Positions 1 to 9,884 of a stretch of 20,000 bases of DNA are shown one piece after another. Both the position numbers and the translations under genes were made by a program. Every line of letters starts with the position of its first letter. The first letter of the stretch is position 1. The notes beneath the pieces are model-generated. The model made no database searches and had not been told where the DNA came from. It was given only the letters and a program-made list of their open reading frames with translations. Source of the stretch: an uncultured virus (IMG/VR IMGVR_UViG_3300047157_000084) (Duplodnaviria > Heunggongvirae > Uroviricota > Caudoviricetes); the IMG/VR virus record IMGVR_UViG_3300047157_000084. One strand, written 5' to 3'.

Positions 1-1852
1 TGGTTTACAACAATGGAAACCAACTTATATAACAGGTACACATTACATGTACTTACAATGGAGTAAAATTGATGTAGGTGCGCCAGATTTTAGAGAAGCT
101 AATAGATTATTCTATATATTCTGGGAAGCTTGTAAAGCAGATAAAAGATGTTATGGTATGTGTTACCTTAAAAACAGACGATCTGGTTTTTCTTTTATGT
201 CATCAGCTGAAACAGTTAACCAAGCTACAATATCAAGTGATAGTAGATTTGGTATATTATCTAAAACAGGTGCAGATGCTAAGAAAATGTTTACAGACAA
301 AGTTGTACCAATATCAGTTAACTATCCATTTCTTTTTTAAACCGATTCAAGATGGTATGGATAGACCTAAAGTCAGAATTAGCATATAGAGTTCCAGCTA
401 GTAAGTTTACAAGAAAAAAAATAACAGCTAATGAAAAGCTGGAAGACTTAGAAGGATTAGATACAACTATTGATTGGAAAAACACAGGTGACAATAGTTA
501 TGATGGTGAAAAACTTAAACTTATTAGTACATGATGAAAGTGGTAAGTGGGAAAGACCTGATAATATATTAAACAACTGGCGTGTTACAAAAACATGTTT
601 AAGATTAGGTAGTAGAATTATAGGTAAGTGTATGATGGGTTCAACATCAAACGCTTTAGATAAAGGAGGTGATAACTTTAAAAAATTATACAATGCATCA
701 GATGTTACTAAAAGAAACAGAAATGGACAAACAGCGTCTGGTTTATATTCTTTGTTTATCCCAATGGAGTGGAACTACGAAGGATTTATTGATGAATACG
801 GATTCCAGTCTTCGATACTCCGAGTGATGAAGTCTTCGAGGTCCACATGGGGAATTAATAGATATAGGTGTAATAGAGAACTGGCAAAACGAAGCTGATG
901 GTTTAAAAAACGATCAAGATGCTTTAAATGAATTTTACAGACAGTTTCCAAGAACAGAAGAGCATGCATTTAGAGATGAGACAAAAAATAGTATATTTAA
1001 CTTAGTTAAAATATACGAGCAGATAGATTACAACGAAGAAGCTAGGCCTCTAGGTATTACACAAGGTAATTTTCAATGGGTTAACGGTATAAAAGATTCA
1101 AAGTAATATTTTATCCAGATCCAAAAGGTAGGTTTAAAGTAAGTTGGACACCAAGTTCAACATTACAAAACAAAGTAATAATTAAAAATGGTGTTAAATA
1201 TCCTGGTAATGAACACATGGGTGCTTTTGGTTGTGATAGTTATGATATATCAGGAACTGTAGATGGTAAAGGTTCTAAAGGTGCTTTACACGGTTTAACT
1301 AAGTTTAGTATGGAAGATGCTCCCAGCTAATCAGTTTTTTTTAGAGTATATAGCTAGACCACAAACAGCTGAGATATTCTTTGAAGACGTTCTAATGGCT
1401 TTAGTATTTTACGGGATGCCTATACTAGCAGAGAACAACAAACCTCGTCTATTGTACTATTTAAGAAGACGTGGTTATAGAGGTTTTAGTATGAATAGAC
1501 CTGATAAAGTTATGGAACAAATTATCTGTTGCAGAAAAAGAAATAGGTGGTATACCAAACTCAAGTGAAGATATAAAACAAGCTCACGCAGCTGCAATTG
1601 AAATGTATATACAAGATCATGTTGGAGACAAGAGGTAAGTTTGGTATGTATTTTAATGAGTTTAAATGATTGGGCTAAATTTGATATAAATAAAAGAACA
1701 AAGCATTTGATGCTGCTATAAGTCTGGTTTAGCTATAATGGCTTGTAATAGACATTTATATACTCCTAACTGCAAAACATGAAAAAGAAACTAAATATAA
1801 AAATAGCTAAGTATAAAATAAAGGACTACATTCTAAATTAATAAAACAATAA
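1..1852 (+). CDS. terL: Phage terminase large subunit (5'-truncated, broken by more than 10 apparent indels)
   Basis: Stitching frames gives a continuous terminase: P-loop KNRRSGFS (170-193), Walker B LLVHDESGKW (~520-550), motif III GSTSN (~638-652), YRQFPRTEEHAFRDE (~936-980), RNase H-like nuclease motif GCDSYD (1229-1246), FFLEYIARP and LAENNKP. It ends SKLIKQ-TAA at 1850-1852, one base before the portal ATG. The track ORFs 47-340, 352-534, 470-898 and 1317-1568 are fragments of it. Confidence 0.93.
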
Positions 1853-1853
1853 T

Positions 1854-4273
1854 ATGGCTGAATCAATAACGAAACAATATTTTCCAAGTCAAGTCGCTAG
1901 CGATGCTGAAAAAGTGAGCCAAGAATATGGATTAAAAGTAGTAAAGCTATTGAGTCAGAATGGTTTGTTAGAGATGGCGTGACTTATAGGTTTGCTAACA
2001 ACCAAGATAGCTTTCATAAACTTAAGATGTATGCTAGAGGAGAGCAATCTGTACAAAAATATAAAGATGAATTATCTATAAACGGTGATTTGTCTTATCT
2101 TAAATTTAGACTGGAAGCCAGTACCTATTATACCTAAGTTTGTAGATATAGTTGTTAATGGTATTGCTGAAAGAATTTATGATATAAAAGCTTACTCTCA
2201 AGATCCTTATGGCGTAGATAAAAGAACTAAGTATATGGAGAGCATATTAATAGACATGCAAAATGTAGAGTTTAATAAACAGGTACAACAGTTTTATGGT
2301 CAAAGTATATTACAAACTCCCGTAAACGAAACTTTACCTGAAAACAAAGAAGAGCTTAGAACTACACATGCAGCTTAATTACAAGCAAGCTGTTGAAATA
2401 GCAGAAGAACAAGCTATAAATACTTTATTAACTGGTAATAAATATGATTTAATAAAGAAAAGATTTTACTACGACTTAACTGTTTTAGGTATTGGTGCTG
2501 TTAAAACAGGCTTTAATACATCTGAAGGTGTTACAATAGATTATGTAGATCCTGCTAATTTAGTTTGGTCTTACACTAGTGATCCTTATTTTGATGATAT
2601 ATATTATGTAGGTGAAGTAAAAGTAATACCTATAAACGAATTAGCAAAACAGTTTCCAGAGCTTAACAGCAAGACTTAGAAGAAATAAGCTGGTCAAAGC
2701 ATAAGAAAAGCTGGTTACTACAATGCTCATCAATGCATGATGAAATAGATAAAAATCAAATTCAAATATTATATTTTAATTATAAAACATATATGAAAGA
2801 AGTTTATAAAGTAAAAGAAACAGCTACAGGTGCTGCTAAAATTATTGTAAAAGACGACACTTTCAATCCACATTGATGCTGAATTAGAACTAGATTTGGT
2901 AAGTTAGAAAAACAAATAGAGGTTTTATATGAAGGAGCTATTATATTAGGTACTGATAAGTTACTTAAATGGGAGTTAGCTAAAAACATGATGAGACCTA
3001 AGAGTGATTATACTAAAGTTAAAATGAACTACAATATAGTTGCTCCAAGAATGTATAAGGGTAAAATAGAATCTTTAGTAGGTAGAATAACTGGTTTTGC
3101 TGATATGATTCAATTAACACACTTAAAACTACAACAAGTCCTTATCGCGAATGGTACCTGACGGCATATTTATGGATGCTGATGGCCTTGCTGAAATAGA
3201 TTTAGGTAACGGAACAAACTATAATCCACAAGAAGCTTTAAACATGTTCTTCCAAACAGGTTCGATTATAGGTAGATCCTTGACATGGATGGTGATATGA
3301 ACCCAGGAAAAATGCCTATTCAAGAAATACAAGTGGTAGTGGTGGTGGCAAAGCTACAGTCAGTTTAATTCAGGTAACTTACAATTATTATCTGCAAATG
3401 ATAAGAGATGTGACCGGATTAAATGAAGCAAGAGATGCTAGCACACCAGACGCGAAGGCTTTAGTTGGTATACAAAAAATAGCAGCAGCTAATAGTAACA
3501 CAGCAACAAGACATATATTACAAGCTGGTTTATTTTTAACAGCTGAAGTTTGCTGAAGCATTATCTCTTAAGAATATCTGATATTATAGAGTATTCACCA
3601 ACAAAGAGATGCTTTTATACAACTATAGGTGCTCATAATGTTGCTACGCTTAGAAGAAATGTCTGAACTTACATTTATATGACTTTGGTATATTTATTAG
3701 AGTTAGAACCAGATGAAGAAGAAAAGCAATACTAGAAAACAATATACAAATGGCATTTAACTCAACAAAGTATAGAGTTAGAAGATGCTATTGATCTTAG
3801 AATGATTAAAAACGTTAAGCTAGCTAATCAAGTTATTAAAAATACGTAGAAAAAAGAAACAAGAAAGAGATCAAGAACTACAACAAAGAAATATAGAGGC
3901 TCAAGCCAAAGCTAATGGTGAAGCGCAGCAAATGGCTTCTCAGGCTGAGGTTCAAAAACAACAAGCTATAACTCAAATGCAAACTCAGTTAGAGCAAGTT
4001 AAAGCACAAATAGCTACTCAAAAGCTGCAACAAGAAATGCAGTTAAAGAAAGAATTAATGGCTTATGAGTTTCAGTTAAATATGCAAATGCAACAAAAGC
4101 AAGATGCATTAACTGATAAAAAAGAAACTTTAAAAGAAGATCGTAAAGATCAAAGAGTAAAATTACAAGGGGACGAGCGAAGAAAATCTCAAAATCAAGC
4201 TAAAAAGTTTGAGTCTTCAGGTAATGATATACTAGGTGGAGGCATTGATATGAGTGCTTTTGATCCTAGATAA
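1854..4273 (+). CDS. Portal protein, ~800 aa (broken by more than 20 apparent indels)
   Basis: Starts at ATG 1854 with MAESITKQYFPSQVASDAEK. Stitched motifs: YARGEQSVQKYKDELSINGDLSYLNLDWKPVPIIPKFVDIVVNG, DYVDPANLV, VPDGIFMDADGLAEIDLGNG, MIRDVTGLNEARD. It ends in a long Gln/Lys-rich coiled coil (3860-4200) like a P22-type portal barrel, with TAA at 4271-4273. It lies between terminase and scaffold/capsid genes. Confidence 0.88.
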
Positions 4274-4289
4274 TTTGTTTAATTTTATA

Positions 4290-4302
4290 ATATTATATTA
4301 TG
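4290..4302 (+). promoter_or_regulatory. Conserved ATATTATATT-ATG element (putative phage promoter or translation initiation signal), copy 1
   Basis: The 13-mer ATATTATATTATG includes the start codon at 4300 and recurs identically at 7164-7176. Function is inferred only. Confidence 0.45.
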
Positions 4303-5550
4303 TCAAAAAAAGATGAAAAAGTGATTGAAGAAGTTCAATCAGTAAAAGCAGTAGAGTCGGCTCCAAAAAAAGAGGAACCTACTATTACTGAAGGTGGTGA
4401 TATGAAAATAAAACCAAAAGTAAAAAGATTTGAAAAAAAACCTAATGAACCTATAAAGGTCGATATGACTAAACCGGTTGAAAAGGTTGAAAAAGAAGAA
4501 ATACCTAAAGTAGATTTAACTGTAAAGGAAGAACCTAAAGAAGAAGTTGTTGTTCAGGAAATAAAGGAAGAAGTTACTCCTGTTGAAAAAACAGAGGTAG
4601 AGGATACACCTGTTCTTGAAGAAATAACAGACGAAGAGAAAGAAGAAATAGTTGAAACTAAAACAGAGGAGCTAAAGGATGAGGTTGAACAAGCTGTTCA
4701 AGAATCACAAGATACAGCTGAACCGTTACCAGAAAACATACAAAAAGTCGTAGACTTTATGAATGAAACTGGTGGAACCCTAGAAGAATATGTTAGGTTA
4801 AATCAAGACTATGCAAGTTATGATCAAAACCAACTACTAAAAGAATACTACAAGCAAACTAAACCACATCTTAATGATGATGAAATTAGTTTCTTAATGG
4901 AAGATCAATTCTCATTTGATGAAGAGTCAGATGATGAAAGAGATATTCGTAGAAAAAAACTGGCGTTAAAGGAGCAAGTTGCAAATGCCAAAAGCCACCT
5001 AGACGGCTTAAAGTCTAAATACTATAAAGAAATCAAAGCCGGTGTTAAGTTAACACCTGATCAACAAAAAGCTGTTGACTTCTTCAATAGATACAACGAT
5101 GAACAAGATGAGAGTCAGAAAGTTCAAGATCATCAAGCGTCAATATTTAAAAACGAAACTAGTAAGGTTTTTAATCAACAATTCAAAGGTTTTGAATATA
5201 AAGTTGGTGAAAAACGCTACAGGTTTAATGTTAAAGATGCTGATAAAATTAAGACTGATCAAAGTGACATAAGTAATTTCGTTAAAAGGTTTTTAAACAA
5301 AAACAACGAAATGAGCGATGCTGCTGGTTATCATAAATCTTTATTTACAGCAATGAATCCAGACGTAGTTGCTAACCATTTCTATGAGCAGGGCAAAGCA
5401 GATGCTATCAAGGATAGTGTTGCTAAAGCTAAAAACGTGAGCATGGACCCTAGACAAACACATAAAACTGTTGAGTCCGGTGGTATGAAGGTTAGAGCTA
5501 TAACGGGTGTAGACTCAAACGCGTTCAAAGTTAGATTTAACAAAAAATAA
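4300..5550 (+). CDS. Putative capsid scaffolding protein (Glu/Lys-rich, 416 aa)
   Basis: Intact ORF between portal and capsid genes. The N-terminal ~140 aa are low-complexity E/K/V/P-rich, followed by a helical region (LPENIQKVVDFMNETGGTLEEYVRLN) and a basic C-terminus (FKVRFNKK). The assignment rests on synteny and composition. Confidence 0.65.
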   Translation: MSKKDEKVIEEVQSVKAVESAPKKEEPTITEGGDMKIKPKVKRFEKKPNEPIKVDMTKPVEKVEKEEIPKVDLTVKEEPKEEVVVQEIKEEVTPVEKTEVEDTPVLEEITDEEKEEIVETKTEELKDEVEQAVQESQDTAEPLPENIQKVVDFMNETGGTLEEYVRLNQDYASYDQNQLLKEYYKQTKPHLNDDEISFLMEDQFSFDEESDDERDIRRKKLALKEQVANAKSHLDGLKSKYYKEIKAGVKLTPDQQKAVDFFNRYNDEQDESQKVQDHQASIFKNETSKVFNQQFKGFEYKVGEKRYRFNVKDADKIKTDQSDISNFVKRFLNKNNEMSDAAGYHKSLFTAMNPDVVANHFYEQGKADAIKDSVAKAKNVSMDPRQTHKTVESGGMKVRAITGVDSNAFKVRFNKK

Positions 5551-5576
5551 CTTTAACTAATTAAAAACTCAAAATT

Positions 5577-7099
5577 ATGGGAGATTTTTCAACTGGGGTA
5601 GGTGCTTTTCAAAATCACTTAACTCCAAGACCGACACAGTCGTTATTTAACGATAACTACTTGTCATTCGACAGCGCTTCAGGCGGCGGTACATTTGCAC
5701 AGCAATTTTTACCGGAAATTTATGAAAAAGAAGTAGAAAGATATGGTAAAAGAACTATATCAGGCTTCTTAAATATGGTTGGTGCAGAAATGCCACTAGC
5801 TTCTGATCAAGTAATTTGGTCTGAGCAAGGTAGATTACACATTGCGTATTCTGCTGAAGCTTACAACGATGGTGCAAACGCTGTACAAATTTCAGCAGCA
5901 TCAGGTTCAGCTGCTGCTAACAAGATTACTTTACCTGCTTCTAATTTAATACAAAACCACGATACTATTGTAGTTGCTAAAACTGACAATTCTAAAGTGT
6001 TAAAATGTTTAGTTGTATCAGGCGGTGGAACAACTAGAAATTATAGTTGCTCCATATACTCAACAAAGATTAACTAATGCTGGTGCTTCTGGTACTGCTG
6101 GTGCTGTAAACTTTGCTGATGGTGAAGATCTTAACATTTTGTTTATGGTTCAGAATACAAAAAAGGATCTTCTGAAAACTCAAGATCTATTGATGCTTCA
6201 TTCACTCAGTTTAGCAACAAACCTGCTATTTTAAGAGACAGATACTCTGTAAGTGGTTCTGACACTGCTCAAATAGGTTGGGTTGAAGTTACATCTGAAA
6301 ATGGTGCTTCTGGATACCTTTGGTACTTAAAATCTGAGCACGAAGCTAGATTAAGATTCCAAGATTACTTAGAAATGGCTATGATTGAAGGTGAGCAAGT
6401 AAGCATGCCTGCTAACCATACATTCCAAGGAACTGGAGACTTCGCGGTTGGTGGTACTCAAGGATTATTCTCTGCTTTAGAAGCAAGAGGATTAGTATGG
6501 ACTGGTACTGACTTTTTGTTGACACTGGTGGTGTTGAGGATCAAGTTTCTGCTAACGCACACGTTGGTTTGAATGAGTTTGATAAAATTCTTCAAGAATT
6601 AGACAAGCAAGGTGCTATTGAAGAAAACATGATGTTCTTAGACAGAGCTACTTCTCTTAGAAATTGACAACATGTTAGCTTCTAAAATCTACGGTGTGCT
6701 GGTGGTACTTCTTACGGAGTATTCAACAACTCTGAAGATATGGCGTTAAATTTAGGTTTCTCTGGTTTCAGAAGAGGTTCTTATGACTTCTACAAGTCTG
6801 ACTGGAAATACTTAAATGACTCTGTAACAAGAGGACTTATTGGAGACATCGAAGGTGTTATCGTTCCTGCTGGAACTTCAACAGTTTATGATGAGTCAAT
6901 GGGTAAAAACATCCAAAGACCTTTCTTACACGTAAGATATAGAGCTTCTGAGGCTGATGATAGAAAAATGAAATCTTGGATCACTGGATCTGTAGGTGGA
7001 AACTATACATCATCTGCTGATGAAATGGTTGTTAACTTCTTATCAGAAAGATGTTTATGTGTACAAGCTGCGAATAACTTCGTATTGCTTAAAGCATAA
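5577..7099 (+). CDS. Major capsid protein, ~505 aa (several apparent indels between ~6035 and ~6700)
   Basis: Stitched reading: FAQQFLPEIYEKEVERYGKRTISGFL, SDQVIWSEQGRLH, FVYGSEYKKG, GWVEVTSENGASGYLWYLKSEHEARLRFQDYLEMAMIEGE, LDKQGAIEENMMFLDR, MALNLGFSGFRRGSYDFYKSDWKYLND, PFLHVRYR, FLSERCLCVQAANNFVL-TAA. I recognise these as Bacteroidota podophage capsid motifs. The gene follows the scaffold gene and is followed by a strong terminator. Confidence 0.88.
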
Positions 7100-7110
7100 C
7101 AATTATTATT

Positions 7111-7148
7111 TAAAAGCAAAGGGGCTTCGGCCCCTAGCTTTTATTTTT
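7111..7148 (+). terminator. Rho-independent terminator after the capsid gene
   Basis: GGGGC-TTCG-GCCCC stem-loop (7121-7134, C(UUCG)G tetraloop). The stem can be extended by TAAAAGC (7111-7117) pairing with GCTTTTA (7137-7143). It is followed by a T-rich tract (TTTTATTTTT). Confidence 0.9.
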
Positions 7149-7163
7149 ACAAACTATTAAATT

Positions 7164-7176
7164 ATATTATATTATG
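7164..7176 (+). promoter_or_regulatory. Conserved ATATTATATT-ATG element, copy 2
   Basis: Identical to 4290-4302. It is part of an (ATTAT)x3 run at 7161-7175 and lies just downstream of the capsid terminator. Confidence 0.45.
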
Positions 7177-7926
7177 GAAAATAAAACAAAACCCAAATGG
7201 GAAGTTAAAGACAGAGTTTATATGTTAACAGGAGATAACTCTCCACCTGTCTTATCAATACAAAGTAGACATACAAGAAGAAAACCTTTATTATGGTTTG
7301 ACGAAGAGCAAGGTTATAATAGAGAACTTAGGTATGCTACAAATCAACGTTCAGCTTTCAAAGACGAACAAAAAGGATATTCAACCTTAGGTCATATATT
7401 TTTTAAAGAAGGCAGGTTAAGCGTGCCTAAAACCGATAGAGCTTTACAAGAACTTCTATCATTATATCACCCTAAAAAAGGTATTATATATTATGAGTAC
7501 ACACCTCAAGTATATGCTGAAAATGAAGTAGATGAAATAGAACTACAAATTGAAGCGTTGAATTTAGCTAAAAAGCTAGATATAGATGAACTAGAGGCAA
7601 TATTAAGAGTTGAAAAAGGAAATAAAGTTGGTAAAATGTCTACTAAAGAAATAAAAAGAGACACTTTAGTTTATGCTAAAAATAATCCTGAAGCTTTTAT
7701 ACAACTAGCATCAGATGATAACGTCCAATTAAGAAATATTGGTGTTAAATCTGTAGAAGCTGGAATTATTAAACTTTCAAGTGACAATAGATCGTTTACT
7801 TGGGGCAACGGAAGAAAGTTATTTACCGTGCCATTTGATGAAAACCCTTACTCAGCACTAGCTGCGTGGTTCAAAACAGATGATGGTATCGAGGTTTTAA
7901 AAGCCGTTGAGAAAAAACTACAATAA
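7174..7926 (+). CDS. Conserved hypothetical phage protein (250 aa) following the capsid gene
   Basis: Intact ORF with codon style matching its neighbours. Motifs KWEVKDRVY, RELRYATNQ and VPFDENPYSALAAWFKTDDG. No function recognised. Confidence 0.8.
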   Translation: MENKTKPKWEVKDRVYMLTGDNSPPVLSIQSRHTRRKPLLWFDEEQGYNRELRYATNQRSAFKDEQKGYSTLGHIFFKEGRLSVPKTDRALQELLSLYHPKKGIIYYEYTPQVYAENEVDEIELQIEALNLAKKLDIDELEAILRVEKGNKVGKMSTKEIKRDTLVYAKNNPEAFIQLASDDNVQLRNIGVKSVEAGIIKLSSDNRSFTWGNGRKLFTVPFDENPYSALAAWFKTDDGIEVLKAVEKKLQ

Positions 7927-7933
7927 CAATCAC

Positions 7934-7975
7934 TTATAGAGGTAACCATCTTTATAAGGTGGTTACTTACTATAA
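7934..7975 (+). other. Long intergenic RNA hairpin without U-tract
   Basis: AGGTAACCATCTT (7940-7952) pairs with AAGGTGGTTACTT (7956-7968), giving 13 bp with two G-U pairs and a TAT loop. It is extended by TTATAG (7934-7939) pairing with CTATAA (7970-7975) across a one-base bulge. Confidence 0.75.
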
Positions 7976-7987
7976 ATAAAAAAAACT

Positions 7988-8767
7988 ATGGCAGTTAATA
8001 TAGATACAGTTTATCAAAGAGTTTTAGCAATAGCTAATAAAGAACAGAGAGGTTTTATCACCCCTCAAGAATTTAATTTATTTGCCAATCAAGCTCAGAT
8101 GGATATATTTGAGCAATACTTTTATGATTTAAATGCTTTAAATAGAGCACCATCAAATGATTTTACATACGCGGATCAAGTAGATATAATAGAAGAAAAA
8201 ATAGATATATTCGAAAGATACAGACAACCAGTTGTAATGTCAGGTGACGCTAATGAAGGTGGTATGGGTACTATTCCCTCTTATTATAGACTAGGTGAAA
8301 TTTTCTACAAATGCAAAGGTGGTTACGTAGAGGTTGAAAAAATTAGTCAAAACGAAATACATCATATACAAAACTCTCCTTTGACGGCTCCGTCATCAAC
8401 AAGACCTGTTTATGTTAGAACTAGCAGTGTTGTTCCAGATAATGCATCTGGTCAAGCTCAATCAGCTACAACTAACAATGAAATAGGTTTATCAAGATCA
8501 ATACAAATTTACCCAGAAACTATAACTACCAACGTAGTGTGTAACTATATAGCTAGACCTACTACGGTTGAGTGGGCTTATACAACTGTTTTAGATGAAG
8601 CTTTATATAATGCTAACAACAGTCAAGATTTTGAACTACATCAATCAGATGAGTCTGAATTGGTTATTAAAATATTAGAACTAGCTGGTATAGAGTTAAA
8701 AGATCCACAAGTTTATCAAGTAGCTGCAGCAGAAGAAGCTCAGAACATTCAACAAGAAAATAAATAA
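7988..8767 (+). CDS. Putative head-tail adaptor/ring structural protein (259 aa)
   Basis: Intact ORF. Helical N-terminus VYQRVLAIANKEQRGFITPQEFNLFANQAQ, a central beta region, YIARP, and helical C-terminus FELHQSDESELVIKILELAG. This layout matches podovirus adaptor/ring proteins (P22 gp4, T7 gp11, crAss ring type). Inferred from pattern and synteny. Confidence 0.6.
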   Translation: MAVNIDTVYQRVLAIANKEQRGFITPQEFNLFANQAQMDIFEQYFYDLNALNRAPSNDFTYADQVDIIEEKIDIFERYRQPVVMSGDANEGGMGTIPSYYRLGEIFYKCKGGYVEVEKISQNEIHHIQNSPLTAPSSTRPVYVRTSSVVPDNASGQAQSATTNNEIGLSRSIQIYPETITTNVVCNYIARPTTVEWAYTTVLDEALYNANNSQDFELHQSDESELVIKILELAGIELKDPQVYQVAAAEEAQNIQQENK

Positions 8768-8769
8768 CT

Positions 8770-9879
8770 ATGCCATTATTTGAAGGAACACAACAACAGT
8801 ATTACGGAACACAGACGTTTACCCAATCAGGTTCAAACTCAAACCCCACATATACGCTATCATTTCCAGTAGATAACACTGTAATGAATACGTTAGGTAC
8901 TATGCCTACGTCTAGCGGTGAATTTACTGTTACTCAAAATGGTTTAGCTGTAACTGGATTTACTTATAACCCTACGACTTATGTTGTAACTTTAGGTCAA
9001 GCGGCTGCAGATGGTGATATTATATTAATAAGTATAATAAACCCTGAATATGGTAACTATCAATTTATATCTTTACAAACAATAATAAATAACTTCATGA
9101 TAAGTTATGTTGGTAGTAACAAAATAATACCTAAAGTAAGAAAAGCAGATGTAGCTTTCCACGCTCAAAGAGCTATACAGGAATTGAGTTATGATACATT
9201 TAAATCTACAAAATCACAAGAAGTAGAAATAGGTCCTTCGTTAAAAATGCCTTTACCTCACGATTATGTTAACTACGTTAAAGTTTGTTATATTGACTCT
9301 GACGGTATAGAGAAACTATTATACCCTGCTAGAAAAACAAGTAATCCTACAGCTTTACTTCAAGATGGTAGTTTAGGTTACATGTTTGATAGTTCTGGTA
9401 CACTACAACAAGCTAGTGATTCAGAAACATGGACTAGATACAGTAGTAATAGCTCTGATGAAGATTCGAGCGATACATACAGTAAAAACGACGATGATTT
9501 TGATAATTTCAATGGTAGAAGATATGGTTTAGAACCTGAAAACTCTCAATTTAATGGTTTGTTTTTTATAGATGAAAAAAGAGGTTATATAAACTTCAGC
9601 GGTGGTATCAGTGGTAAAATAGTTACTTTAAAATACATAAGTGATGGCTTAGGATCTGAAGATGAAATGATAGTACATAAGTTTGCTGAAGAAGCTATGT
9701 ATAAGTCAATAGCTTACGCCATAGCAAGCACGCATACTAGTGTTGCACCTAACTATATACCTTTACTTAAAAGAGAAAGGTTTGTTGCTATTAGAAATGC
9801 TAAATTAAGATTATCAAATTTAAAAATAGAAGAACTTACTCAGATAATGAGAGGTAAATCTAAAATAATTAAACACTAA
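8770..9879 (+). CDS. Putative second ring/tail structural protein (369 aa) with an N-terminal beta domain
   Basis: Intact ORF. Motifs YGNYQFISL, FHAQRAIQELSYD, LPHDYVNYVK, LKYISDGL, VHKFAEEAMYK and RNAKLRLS. The LPxDY and YxS layout is typical of ring/adaptor proteins. Confidence 0.6.
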   Translation: MPLFEGTQQQYYGTQTFTQSGSNSNPTYTLSFPVDNTVMNTLGTMPTSSGEFTVTQNGLAVTGFTYNPTTYVVTLGQAAADGDIILISIINPEYGNYQFISLQTIINNFMISYVGSNKIIPKVRKADVAFHAQRAIQELSYDTFKSTKSQEVEIGPSLKMPLPHDYVNYVKVCYIDSDGIEKLLYPARKTSNPTALLQDGSLGYMFDSSGTLQQASDSETWTRYSSNSSDEDSSDTYSKNDDDFDNFNGRRYGLEPENSQFNGLFFIDEKRGYINFSGGISGKIVTLKYISDGLGSEDEMIVHKFAEEAMYKSIAYAIASTHTSVAPNYIPLLKRERFVAIRNAKLRLSNLKIEELTQIMRGKSKIIKH

Positions 9880-9884
9880 TATAT

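Noticed and set aside
1..4273. Pseudogenes of a decaying prophage, or introns/inteins in terminase and portal
   Set aside because: No nonsense substitutions or large deletions were seen and motifs are intact. The reading is continuous with no inserted sequence, homing endonuclease or intein termini.
5075..5272. Alternative-frame ORF inside the scaffold gene
   Set aside because: It is a 65-aa out-of-frame ORF with no supporting signal, as expected by chance.
1..7099. Stop-codon reassignment (TAG/TGA readthrough as in some crAss-like phages) as the cause of fragmented ORFs
   Set aside because: The breaks are frame changes, not in-frame stops. The stitched proteins need no TAG/TGA, and the long ORFs are open in the standard code.
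5577..7099. Programmed ribosomal frameshift in the capsid gene
   Set aside because: There are several breaks in both directions with no clear slippery heptamer plus stimulatory structure. The pattern matches the indels in terminase and portal.
7971..7978. T4-type late promoter TATAAATA
   Set aside because: The gene set is not T4-like, the 8-mer is likely by chance in AT-rich DNA, and it overlaps the hairpin arm.
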